DNA from: Patescibacteria group bacterium | Lineage (GTDB): Bacteria; Patescibacteriota; CPR2; UBA1875; CAIMLA01 | Direction of reading: 5' to 3' | DNA: 37,496 nucleotides | Assembly: GCA_041738615.1 (NCBI GenBank) | Contig: JBGSPL010000002.1 | Span: forward strand, 76,654 to 114,149 | Shown: one piece after another, positions 14,895 through 23,176 of the stretch | How positions within the stretch are numbered: the first letter of the stretch is position 1 | How the letters are laid out: each line of letters begins with the position of its first letter | Notes under the pieces: model-generated | The model's database searches: none | Told to the model about the DNA's origin: nothing | Seen by the model: the letters and a program-made list of their open reading frames with translations, nothing else | Translations under genes and position numbers: made by a program

Positions 14895-15017
14895 AGATTT
14901 GAGATATCAAATAGACCAATTGTAAAGTTAAATACGGATACTTACTCGTTATCGTCCCGCACAAGAGGTGGGACTCGCTTAGCAACATAAGCGATCCGTG
15001 AGAAAGGAGTTTTTTTA
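14895..15017 (+). promoter_or_regulatory. ~120-nt 5' leader of rpsF with two hairpins (possible S6:S18 autoregulatory leader)
   Basis: Hairpins CCCGC-ACAAGAG-GTGGG and CGCTTA-GCAACA-TAAGCG lie upstream of the AGGAG RBS. Assignment to the known rpsF leader class was not verified. Confidence 0.3.
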
Positions 15018-15587
15018 ATGCAAAAAAACTATGAACTGCTCTATATCGTCCATCCGGACCTAGAGGGCTCAATCGAAAAGATCACCGAGAAGGTGGCAGG
15101 ATTCATCACCAAGGCTGGTGGTAAGATTACCTCTAGTGAAGACCTCGGCAAGCGCAAGCTCGCCTACAAGATTGCGAAGAATGATTTCGGCATCTACTCT
15201 TTGGTTTACTTCGACATTGAGTCGGTAAATCTAAAGGATGTTGAACGCGACCTTCGTCTCTCAGAGGAGATTATGCGTTCAATGGTAGTGGCTGTTCCTG
15301 TGGTCTCTCCAGTAACGCTCGCAAAACGTAAGCCTCGTCTAAAGAAGGAAGAGATGGAGGCCAAGAAAGACGCTCCAGCTTCTATTATCGTTGCCGAGGA
15401 AAAACCAGAGAAAAAGGTTACAAAGAAAGCTGACAAGGCGGAAGTTGCCAAAGAGGCAGTAGCCGAAGTAGCGGAAGAAAAGGTTGCCAAGAAAGCAGCT
15501 CCAAAGAAGACCGCCAAAGCTGTCGAGAAAGAAGAGAAAGAACGCCTCAAGAAGCTTGATGATAAGCTAGAGGAACTCTTGAAGTAA
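15018..15587 (+). CDS. rpsF: 30S ribosomal protein S6 with ~90-aa Lys/Glu/Ala-rich C-terminal extension
   Basis: The N-terminus MQKNYELLYIVHPDLEGS...GKRKLAYKI is a typical S6. AGGAG RBS. The gene order rpsF-ssb-rpsR is conserved. Confidence 0.9.
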   Translation: MQKNYELLYIVHPDLEGSIEKITEKVAGFITKAGGKITSSEDLGKRKLAYKIAKNDFGIYSLVYFDIESVNLKDVERDLRLSEEIMRSMVVAVPVVSPVTLAKRKPRLKKEEMEAKKDAPASIIVAEEKPEKKVTKKADKAEVAKEAVAEVAEEKVAKKAAPKKTAKAVEKEEKERLKKLDDKLEELLK

Positions 15588-15604
15588 AGTTATTCCACCC
15601 ACCT

Positions 15605-15630
15605 TGTCATCTCGAGCAGTCGAAATGACA
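15605..15630 (+). repeat. short member of the TGTCATCYYGAG hairpin repeat family
   Basis: TGTCATCTCGA - GCAG - TCGAAATGACA forms an 11-bp stem with 1 mismatch, between rpsF and ssb. The flanks extend the pairing to about 15598-15638. Confidence 0.5.
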
Positions 15631-15652
15631 GATGAGGGAAAAGGAGAAAACT

Positions 15653-16108
15653 ATGAAAAGCGTAAATATGGTTATCGTCATGGGAAACATGACACGCGAG
15701 GCAGAGCTTCGATACACACCAAATGGCAAAGCAGTTGCTAGCTTCGGAGTAGCGGTGAATCGTTCCTTCACAGATTCGTCTGGCGAGAAACGCCAGGAAG
15801 TAGATTTTTTTGACATCGTCGCCTGGGGTAAGCTCGCTGAGATTATCAGTCAGTACGGTGGCAAGGGGCAGGGCGTTCACATTGTTGGCCGTCTGCAGAA
15901 CCGTAGCTGGGAAGGTACCGACGGTACCAAGAGAAACAAAACCGAGATTATTGCAAATGACATCTCATTAGTCGGTGGCAAGGGAAGCGGCTCATCTGCG
16001 CCAGCAGCTCCAGCCGGTGCCTCGTCAGGTGTCGACAAACCAGCCCCAGAGGCTGAGTCTCAGGTCGTAAACGAAGACGAAATCAATATCGACGACATCC
16101 CGTTCTAA
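15653..16108 (+). CDS. ssb: single-stranded DNA-binding protein
   Basis: OB-fold N-terminus (VNMVIVMGNMTREAELRYTPNGKAVASFGVAVNR), Gly/Ala/Ser/Pro-rich linker and acidic tail DDIPF. Start trimmed to ATG 15653 (AAGGAG upstream). Confidence 0.9.
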   Translation: MKSVNMVIVMGNMTREAELRYTPNGKAVASFGVAVNRSFTDSSGEKRQEVDFFDIVAWGKLAEIISQYGGKGQGVHIVGRLQNRSWEGTDGTKRNKTEIIANDISLVGGKGSGSSAPAAPAGASSGVDKPAPEAESQVVNEDEINIDDIPF

Positions 16109-16139
16109 GTAAAATAACAATCATAAGGAAACAATAACT

Positions 16140-16376
16140 ATGGCCTATCAAAAACAAGAACCACAATTCTACGGAAAGAAGATCTGCCGCTTCTGTGAAG
16201 CAAGGGTAGATAATATCGATTACAAGGATGTAAAGAGCCTACAGAAGTTCACTTCGAGCATCGCTAAGATCGAGACACGTAAGCGCACTGGTAGCTGTCC
16301 TAAACACCAGCGTGCACTCTCTACCGCTATTAAGCGCGCTCGTATCATGGCACTTTTGCCTTTCGTTAATCGCTAA
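16140..16376 (+). CDS. rpsR: 30S ribosomal protein S18
   Basis: [22 protein letters not shown]...RKRTG.C.KHQR.L..AIKRAR is typical of S18. Confidence 0.95.
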   Translation: MAYQKQEPQFYGKKICRFCEARVDNIDYKDVKSLQKFTSSIAKIETRKRTGSCPKHQRALSTAIKRARIMALLPFVNR

Positions 16377-16394
16377 GTAACAAATATTCCCTCC

Positions 16395-16456
16395 CTGTCA
16401 TCCTGAGTGGAACGAAGGATCCAGGACTGGATTCTTCACTATGTTCAGAATGACGG
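16395..16456 (+). repeat. long member of the TGTCATCYYGAG hairpin repeat family
   Basis: CTGTCATCCTGAG...GAAGGATCC / GGATTCTTC...TTCAGAATGACGG forms an imperfect ~25-bp hairpin with G:U pairs in the rpsR-efp spacer. Confidence 0.6.
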
Positions 16457-16477
16457 CTTGGGTGTAAGGAGAATATT

Positions 16478-17038
16478 ATGTACGGAATTACAGATTTAAA
16501 AAACGGCACGACCTTTGAAGTAGACGGAGCTCCCTATATCGTTCTCGACTACCAGCACTCCAAAAAGGGCCGTTCAGGCGCCGTAATGCGCACGAAAATA
16601 AAGAACCTCCTGACGGGCGCTATAGTCCAGCGTACGTTTTCTGGTAACGAGAAGTTCCCAGAGGTAGATATAGAGCGCCGAAAAGTGCAATATTTGTACA
16701 AGGATGGCGCAAGCTACTACTTTATGGACGTGAACAGCTACGAGCAGTTTGACATGACATCTGAGGACCTCGGCAATAATATCAACTATCTAAAAGACGG
16801 GGATACTGTAGGTTTTCAGTTTTATCAGAACAAGCCTATCAATCTAGAGTTACCAATCAAGATGGATTTCGAGGTCACCGAAGCCTCTGAGGGCCTGAAG
16901 GGCGATACCGCCTCGGGAGCCACCAAGATGGTAGTGATAGAGACAGGACTAAATGTCTATGTGCCGCTTTTCATCAAACAGGGTGACAAAATCAGAGTAA
17001 ATACATCCGACGGATCCTATGTAGAGAGGGCAAAATAA
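16478..17038 (+). CDS. efp: elongation factor P (Arg at the modified-loop tip)
   Basis: Aligns without gaps to my memory of E. coli EF-P through the loop. E. coli K34 corresponds to R32 here (SKKGRSGAV). AAGGAG RBS. Confidence 0.95.
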   Translation: MYGITDLKNGTTFEVDGAPYIVLDYQHSKKGRSGAVMRTKIKNLLTGAIVQRTFSGNEKFPEVDIERRKVQYLYKDGASYYFMDVNSYEQFDMTSEDLGNNINYLKDGDTVGFQFYQNKPINLELPIKMDFEVTEASEGLKGDTASGATKMVVIETGLNVYVPLFIKQGDKIRVNTSDGSYVERAK

Positions 17039-17063
17039 AGCGGCAAGAGCCGTTTTATTTTTT
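17038..17063 (+). terminator. weak terminator/attenuator between efp and tlyA
   Basis: Short stem around CGGC-AAGA-GCCG (about 7 bp including A:T and G:U pairs) followed by TTTTATTTTTT, abutting the tlyA ATG. Confidence 0.4.
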
Positions 17064-17807
17064 ATGAAGAAACGCATTGACCAGATGCTCGTGGATAACG
17101 GACTAGTAGAAAGTAAGAACAAAGCCCAAGCACTTGTGATGGCTGGTCAAGTTTTTGCGGATGGCCACATGGTGAGCAAATCCGGGACGAAGCTAGATGC
17201 AGAAGCTAACGTCTGTGTGAAGGAGCTTTTTCCGTATGTTTCACGTGGAGCATTGAAGTTAGAGAAGGCATTCATTGAGTTTAATCTCGACTTTAGAGGG
17301 AAAACTATCTGCGATATCGGCTCCTCGACAGGGGGCTTTACCGACTTCGCGCTGCAGAATGGTGCCGCGAAGTCTTTTTGCGTTGATGTCGGTACGGGGC
17401 AGCTCGCTCAGAAAATACGTGAAGACTCACGAGTCGTAGTAATGGAGAAGACAGACTTTAGGGACGTTTCTTTCCCCGAGCCTATCGACATCTTTGTCTG
17501 TGACGTCTCCTTTATTTCGTTGAAGCAGATTATCCCGAAAATAGCGGAACTAATTCGAAACTCGAAATTCGAAACTCGAAATTCAACAGAACTTGTTCTG
17601 TTAATTAAGCCTCAATTTGAAGCAGGAGTAAAAGAGGTTAGTAAGGGCAAGGGTGTAATCCGAGATGAAGCCTTGCGCCTCGAAATTGTGGAAGACATCA
17701 AAAAGTTTGCCGTTGCGAAGGGTTTCCAGGTGCTAGGTGTCACAACGTCCCCAATTACTGGTGCCAAGGGGAACGTAGAGTATCTACTGCATTTAGACTA
17801 TAATTAA
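17064..17807 (+). CDS. tlyA: TlyA-family rRNA 2'-O-methyltransferase (S4 + FtsJ domains)
   Basis: S4-like N-terminus (RIDQMLVDNGLVESKNKAQALVMAG), SAM motif DIGSSTGGFTD, DVSFISL, and KPQFEAG. Confidence 0.9.
   Translation: MKKRIDQMLVDNGLVESKNKAQALVMAGQVFADGHMVSKSGTKLDAEANVCVKELFPYVSRGALKLEKAFIEFNLDFRGKTICDIGSSTGGFTDFALQNGAAKSFCVDVGTGQLAQKIREDSRVVVMEKTDFRDVSFPEPIDIFVCDVSFISLKQIIPKIAELIRNSKFETRNSTELVLLIKPQFEAGVKEVSKGKGVIRDEALRLEIVEDIKKFAVAKGFQVLGVTTSPITGAKGNVEYLLHLDYN
17552..17586 (+). repeat. AATTCGA heptamer array (5 units) in-frame in tlyA
   Basis: AATTCGA AACTCGA AATTCGA AACTCGA AATTCAA, encoding IRNSKFETRNST. Confidence 0.75.
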
Positions 17808-17810
17808 CTC

Positions 17811-18506
17811 ATGATAAAAGTAAGTAATTTCTCGATTAAGTATAAGTCAACTGGTCAAACGACGGTCAAAAACCTCTCTTTTACAGTTTCCAAAGGTGAG
17901 GTGGTGGCTTTCATGGGGCCGAGCGGGTGCGGTAAAACAACGCTACTATCGTATTTGCAGGGTACCTTATCCCCCGAGGAGATTTCCACTCAGGGTACAG
18001 TGTCGGTAGACCCGAGCGTGAATATGATCCGAACAGTGTTCCAGGAACCTCGTCTGTTGCCATGGAAGACTTCTCTTGGCAATGTTGCTCTAGGGCTGGA
18101 ACTAGAGGGCGTGGAGGAGAAGGAGCTCGACAAGCGTGCCACAGAAGCACTTAAGCAGATTGGGCTTTCAAAATTCAGGACGACTTACCCCGGACAACTC
18201 TCTATGGGGATGAAGCAAAGAGTTAATTTTGCGAGAGCTATTGTCATGAAACCGCAATTGCTACTCCTGGACGAACCGTTTTCGGCCCTAGACGATGAAA
18301 CGAAAAGCCAGCTCCTAAAGCAGTTTGTCAGGGTTATTAAACGAAGTAATATCACAACCATCTTTGTAACTCATAATCTGGAAGAGGCGGAGCAAATTGC
18401 CGATCGGATAATAATGCTAAAACAAGACTTCGTGGGAGTACGTAATTTACGCGATGAGAGCAAGGTAGTAGCCAGCTTTGACTCTGCTATGGATTTGGAG
18501 AGTTAG
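17811..18506 (+). CDS. ABC transporter ATP-binding protein (NitT/TauT family-like)
   Basis: Walker A GPSGCGKTT, signature LSMGMKQR, Walker B LLLLDEPFSALD. The start is 3 nt after the tlyA stop. Confidence 0.9.
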   Translation: MIKVSNFSIKYKSTGQTTVKNLSFTVSKGEVVAFMGPSGCGKTTLLSYLQGTLSPEEISTQGTVSVDPSVNMIRTVFQEPRLLPWKTSLGNVALGLELEGVEEKELDKRATEALKQIGLSKFRTTYPGQLSMGMKQRVNFARAIVMKPQLLLLDEPFSALDDETKSQLLKQFVRVIKRSNITTIFVTHNLEEAEQIADRIIMLKQDFVGVRNLRDESKVVASFDSAMDLES

Positions 18507-19292
18507 GTGAGAAAGTTTGCTAAAGATAACTGGATCAGCGGATTAGCACTTTTGACCTTCCTGGTAGCTTGGGAGCTCTTCGCACTATTTAATGTTGTAG
18601 ACCAGTTGTACATAGGGGTGCCTCATCAGATATTTCTGTCGCTTTGGGTAACTATTTCTGAACCAGCCTTCTTGTCGCACCTCGGAAACTCTGGCAGGGC
18701 GTTCCTTATGGGATATTGTTTGGCGGTTTTGGGGGGAGCAGCACTGGGGTTCGCCACTAGTCTGAACAAAGTCGTGCGACAGGTGCTATCTCCGTTTATT
18801 TTAATCTTCAACTCGTTGCCGTTCGTCGCTATATTGCCGCTTTTGATAATCTGGTTTGGGATGGGAATTTTTGCAAAAACAGTGATGGTGTTTTTGATGG
18901 TTTTCCCATCGATTACGATACACGTGAGCGAAAGTATCCGGATGACCGACAAGGATATCAAAGTCATGTTTCAATCATTTGGCGCGAACAAGTGGCAGAC
19001 GGTTCGCAAATTGTATATATATCAGTCTCTTCCATACATTTTTTCTGGAGCTAGGATTGGGATCGGCAGAGGGCTGATAGCGATTATCGTAGCGGAAATT
19101 TATGGCTTGGGCAAAGGGATTGCATATTACATACCGTATTATGGTGCGACTTTCCAAACGGATAGGCTACTTGCAAGTGTCCTCGTCATTATATCTATTA
19201 ACTTTTTTTTGGTATACTTGCTTAATGTCATACGGCAAAGGGTGGTATTTTGGGGAGGGGAGACGGCAGTAATTAAGAGGGAGAGACCATGA
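18507..19292 (+). CDS. ABC transporter permease (SsuC/TauC-like)
   Basis: 6 TM helices and an EAA-like loop (SIRMTDKDIKVMFQSFGANKWQTVRKLYIYQSLPYIFSGARIG). The GTG start abuts the ATPase stop. Confidence 0.85.
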   Translation: MRKFAKDNWISGLALLTFLVAWELFALFNVVDQLYIGVPHQIFLSLWVTISEPAFLSHLGNSGRAFLMGYCLAVLGGAALGFATSLNKVVRQVLSPFILIFNSLPFVAILPLLIIWFGMGIFAKTVMVFLMVFPSITIHVSESIRMTDKDIKVMFQSFGANKWQTVRKLYIYQSLPYIFSGARIGIGRGLIAIIVAEIYGLGKGIAYYIPYYGATFQTDRLLASVLVIISINFFLVYLLNVIRQRVVFWGGETAVIKRERP

Positions 19293-20260
19293 ACAAGAAA
19301 ACATTACTCGGGATATTTTTGATAGTAGGAACCGTCGCATTGTTTGCGGCATACAACCAGGGCTTCTTTAAAAAGAAAGAAGTAGAGAAAAAGAATTTAG
19401 AACTCATCAAGGTTGGATTTCAAGCAGATGAGTATATGTTTGAAGCATTGGTAGATACGGCTACAGACAAAGGGTATTTTGCTGAAAACGGTATTAAGGT
19501 CGAAAAGGTTCAAAACACCAACAATCTCATAGCGGCATTGTCTTCCGGGGATTTGGACGTTAGCCTAGGCGCAAATACCGTGGCCTTGCTCAATTTCCTG
19601 AACAATCAAGACACAGTATTTATAGATAAACTTATCAATCGACCACCATTTACGGGAGTTATTACAAGGAAGGGTAACCGCTCTGAACTTAGCAAGGCGG
19701 CTGTGGCCAAACTTGCAGGGGCGGGTCAAATCTATACTGAGGTAGTGAAATCAAACCTCGGCACAGTTGAGGAAATTGATTACTCGGTGGCAGCTATCGG
19801 AGCTCCTCAGATTGCCGCTATCGAGTCGGGAGTAGCAGACTTTACCGTAACCAATGTGCTAAATGATGACACAAAAAAGGCAGTCAAGGGCAAGGATCTA
19901 GAAATCGTTAGCCCCGATGATACGTGGAAAAACAAAGAGCTTCCGATGGGTGTAATCTCAACCAAGAAATTAGTAGAATCAAAGAAATCTTCGGTCGGCG
20001 GTTTTGTGAAAGCCCTCAATAAAGCCCAAGAATATGCTCTAGGTCACAAGAAAGAAAGCGTCGACAGGATCAAAATAATTTCCAAGTATAGCGAGTCTTC
20101 ATCATCCGAAATCTTTGTTGCATATGCGAAGACAGTCTCGTCGAGTCATAAATTGGACGAAAACAGCTTGAAAGATGTTATGGAAGCGGTCAGGACTCTG
20201 AAACCCAAGAACGCTTCACGGAACTTGTCGGAGTATATCGACACTCAATTCGTCAAATAA
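19289..20260 (+). CDS. ABC substrate-binding protein (NMT1/SsuA-like) with N-terminal membrane anchor
   Basis: Signal anchor MNKKTLLGIFLIVGTVALFAA. KVGFQADEYMFEALVDTATDKGYFAENGIKVE is typical of NitT/TauT-type binding proteins. It overlaps the permease gene by 4 nt. Confidence 0.8.
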   Translation: MNKKTLLGIFLIVGTVALFAAYNQGFFKKKEVEKKNLELIKVGFQADEYMFEALVDTATDKGYFAENGIKVEKVQNTNNLIAALSSGDLDVSLGANTVALLNFLNNQDTVFIDKLINRPPFTGVITRKGNRSELSKAAVAKLAGAGQIYTEVVKSNLGTVEEIDYSVAAIGAPQIAAIESGVADFTVTNVLNDDTKKAVKGKDLEIVSPDDTWKNKELPMGVISTKKLVESKKSSVGGFVKALNKAQEYALGHKKESVDRIKIISKYSESSSSEIFVAYAKTVSSSHKLDENSLKDVMEAVRTLKPKNASRNLSEYIDTQFVK

Positions 20261-21524
20261 GGTGCGAAATTATATTCTTTGATTTCCCTAAGGTTGGTAG
20301 CTCAGTTACCAACCTTATTTTTAGCGGTTTAAAGATCCCGGCATCGACAAAGTCAGTGAGAGTTTTCTCGGAGCTCAGATAGAGATTATCCTGAATTACC
20401 TTGCTGACGATTCCAATGTCAGGCAGGTTCACTGGGTCTTTTACAATAAGCTCTAGGGTCAGCTCCGTATACAGCGTTCCCTTAGCGTTCACTTCATTTA
20501 CATTCATCCTGAAGTTCGATTCAAAGATATCTTCGACAACAGCAAGGGCATTGGCTATTGCTTGAGTATGCAGTAATCCACCCGAAATTCGCATTACGTC
20601 TAGGTCCGCCTTGCCTCGTAGATAAAGCAAGTGGTCTTGCCCACATTCACAATCGCAGTCCACCTTCTTGGCAATGTCACCTGTACGATATCGAATCAAG
20701 GGGAACGCCCTGTCCGTTAAGTGGGTATATATCATGTCACCGTAGCCATTAGCTTCCGATTTATCTTCCTGAAATTCAGTAAAGCACTCGCCGAGTAGGT
20801 GAAACACGTTCGGCGGGTCAGTGTATAAATGCTTACACCTGTAACCCACTACGCCTCCAATTTCCGAGGAACCGTAACTTATGCGCAGTGAAGCCGCCGG
20901 GTACATCTTTCGAAAGTAAGCTGCTTTCTGTTCGGTGCAGTACTCGGTACTGATGGTAATCTGTTTTATTTGACCCATATCGAAGCCGACTTCTACGAGT
21001 TTTTTTGTAAACAAATATAGTATTGTCGGAGTGGAAATGATGGCATCGGCACCGAGAGCCTGCGCGATATTTGCGCTCAGGTCGAGCTTCTGTGGATCTC
21101 CAGTCAGGTAGGGTACGCGCATCTTTGCAGCCTTGCCTACTGCCCTTACTAGAGGTAGCATAATTAGTACTTTTTTTGCCCCGTTTCTCTCGAGACAGTT
21201 GTATTCGGAATATTCAAAGTCAGGCGAATCTATAGTGGGAGTTACGAGTGGCCTATTATTACTAGTGGTTCCACTCGAAATTGTATAACCAGTGATCATA
21301 TCTTCTGGTACAAACATGCGCTGAGGCAGCGGTACCTTTAGCAAATCGTCCTTTGTAATTACGGGTATCTTTTGAAAATCTGCATAGCTATTTACAGTAT
21401 CTGCGGTGATATCTAGGCCCTTATATAGATCTTTATAGAAATCACAATACTCACTAGCAAGTACGTAGCTTAGGAGCTGTTTTATCGCAGGAAGATATTT
21501 ATGTTTAAATTTCTTTTCATCCAC
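20253..21524 (-). CDS. adenylate-forming enzyme, phenylacetate-CoA ligase / coenzyme F390 synthetase-like
   Basis: SSGTTSNNRP (AMP-binding P-loop), YGSSEIGG, RYRTGD, and the N-terminal FYKDLY...FQKIPVITKDDL typical of PaaK-like proteins. GTG start. It overlaps the convergent SBP gene by 8 nt. Confidence 0.8.
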   Translation of the reverse strand: MDEKKFKHKYLPAIKQLLSYVLASEYCDFYKDLYKGLDITADTVNSYADFQKIPVITKDDLLKVPLPQRMFVPEDMITGYTISSGTTSNNRPLVTPTIDSPDFEYSEYNCLERNGAKKVLIMLPLVRAVGKAAKMRVPYLTGDPQKLDLSANIAQALGADAIISTPTILYLFTKKLVEVGFDMGQIKQITISTEYCTEQKAAYFRKMYPAASLRISYGSSEIGGVVGYRCKHLYTDPPNVFHLLGECFTEFQEDKSEANGYGDMIYTHLTDRAFPLIRYRTGDIAKKVDCDCECGQDHLLYLRGKADLDVMRISGGLLHTQAIANALAVVEDIFESNFRMNVNEVNAKGTLYTELTLELIVKDPVNLPDIGIVSKVIQDNLYLSSEKTLTDFVDAGIFKPLKIRLVTELPTLGKSKNIISHLI

Positions 21525-21530
21525 TGTACC

Positions 21531-21538
21531 AGTATAAT
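21531..21538. promoter_or_regulatory. overlapping back-to-back -10 boxes for two divergent genes 14 bp apart
   Basis: Plus strand: TATAAT 21533-21538, abutting ATG 21539 and 6 nt before in-frame GTG 21545. Minus strand: TATACT 21536..21531, 6 nt before GTG 21524. Confidence 0.35.
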
Positions 21539-23176
21539 ATGAAAGTGAATAAAAAACACTCAGTCCTATTGCTGCTTTTTGCGCTTGGCATATTACTTGT
21601 TTGCTCTCCCTTGATATATGAACAATATCTATCCTTAGGGGTTCGCGGAAAAACTATAGAACACATAAGTCTGGGCTCAGAGAAATACTTTGTGCGGGAT
21701 GGCAAGGTGCTGGCCGAGAACCAGGACCACGAAGCGTCATACGGCGTAAGGCTGCAGATACTGAGGATGGCGAACACCTATCAGTCATTGGTTAGTGACC
21801 CACTGCTTACTGATGGGAATTTGCATTCAGATACAAACGAGAAATATCTGGACGAGCTGGAGACGGCACAGGCCGAGCTACTAAAAGCCTCAGGACAAGA
21901 TATCCAGGTAGTCCCCGTAGGGTTTCTAAAAGGGTTGTTGTCTCTTTCTCAGAGTAGAAAGGCCCTAGACACTGGTATCAGCGCTGGGTCCCTTGCCAAA
22001 TACTTGGACCAGGTTCAAGAAGTGGTAGGTCAGTATCGTCAATCAGCCACGGACTTACTGAAGAAACAAGAGTCATTGGGTTCGGAGTTTTCTACCAGTA
22101 ATATCTTTACTTCCACAAACACGAGCATCGTCAAAAACGACCTAAAGTTACTAATAGATAACGCCAAGTCTTTAGAGTCAGAGATAGAGCATAGAAGGCT
22201 GATTCTGTCAGGGGTTGTTCCGTATCTGGATTTCGACAAGAAAGTAACACAGGTAGAGAATATCGATACACATATGTTGGGACCAGAGCTCGATAAGGCA
22301 GATTTACCTTCTGGGTCAACAGTCACTCGGATTTCTTCAAAACAATTTGTGACTAAAACGGGCTGTTTCGACGGGGAAAATAGCGAGAAAGCGTTCCTTC
22401 TATATTCGTATTTTCATAGCTCTAGGCAAGCTCTGTTACCGAAGCTTGCAAATACTAATATATTTCAAAAAGTATCTGCAGATAAGGTCTTTACCCTGCA
22501 GAGGGACAGGGGCCTTCTGTGGAGCCAGTTGCGAGAGGGCAATAACTACCGTTGCATGGACAACTCGTATCAGGTAGATATTCTGAATACCTATACCTAC
22601 CTGAAGAGATTTGACCAGCCTGTTTTGGCTAGTATCTACAGAGAGATAGACCACAAGAAATTGTCTAAAGCCGAAAAAGGCTCTTTTGAAAGTGCTATCA
22701 ACGCCGAAGCTCGTTTTTATAGTAATGACAGTATCTATTACGACGATCTAGTTAGGTTATCCAACAATTACCAATACGTTGCCACAACCTTACAGGGGAA
22801 CGGTAATAACAGCGATTTTACCAGGATCCTAAACGAAAGGTCTCGCCATATCGACAATCGAGAGTCAGGACTCGAAATGCTTTTTGCAACGGTTTTCAAT
22901 CTGGATTCCATGTTAAAGTACGCAGACAAGGAGAAACTGGCTACCCCTACAAGCTTAAAATATTTGTATTTCACGAGGGTAGACTACTCGATATCGTACT
23001 TTACCTTTTCTCCACTCGTTTGGAGGCACAAGTCCTCTCCTACCTACCAGCTCCCGACCGCGAAGAACGAACATTACAAGTATTACGACGATCTAGTTAA
23101 AGTGCTAGGAGTTGTAAAAGTCCGTGAGATTGAATCTATATCACGGACAGATGAGATGGAGTACTTGGGACTTTAG
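21539..23176 (+). CDS. hypothetical secreted/membrane-anchored protein (545 aa)
   Basis: N-terminal hydrophobic segment HSVLLLLFALGILLVCSPLIY. It is a long uninterrupted ORF with ordinary codon usage. No family recognised. Confidence 0.7.
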   Translation: MKVNKKHSVLLLLFALGILLVCSPLIYEQYLSLGVRGKTIEHISLGSEKYFVRDGKVLAENQDHEASYGVRLQILRMANTYQSLVSDPLLTDGNLHSDTNEKYLDELETAQAELLKASGQDIQVVPVGFLKGLLSLSQSRKALDTGISAGSLAKYLDQVQEVVGQYRQSATDLLKKQESLGSEFSTSNIFTSTNTSIVKNDLKLLIDNAKSLESEIEHRRLILSGVVPYLDFDKKVTQVENIDTHMLGPELDKADLPSGSTVTRISSKQFVTKTGCFDGENSEKAFLLYSYFHSSRQALLPKLANTNIFQKVSADKVFTLQRDRGLLWSQLREGNNYRCMDNSYQVDILNTYTYLKRFDQPVLASIYREIDHKKLSKAEKGSFESAINAEARFYSNDSIYYDDLVRLSNNYQYVATTLQGNGNNSDFTRILNERSRHIDNRESGLEMLFATVFNLDSMLKYADKEKLATPTSLKYLYFTRVDYSISYFTFSPLVWRHKSSPTYQLPTAKNEHYKYYDDLVKVLGVVKVREIESISRTDEMEYLGL

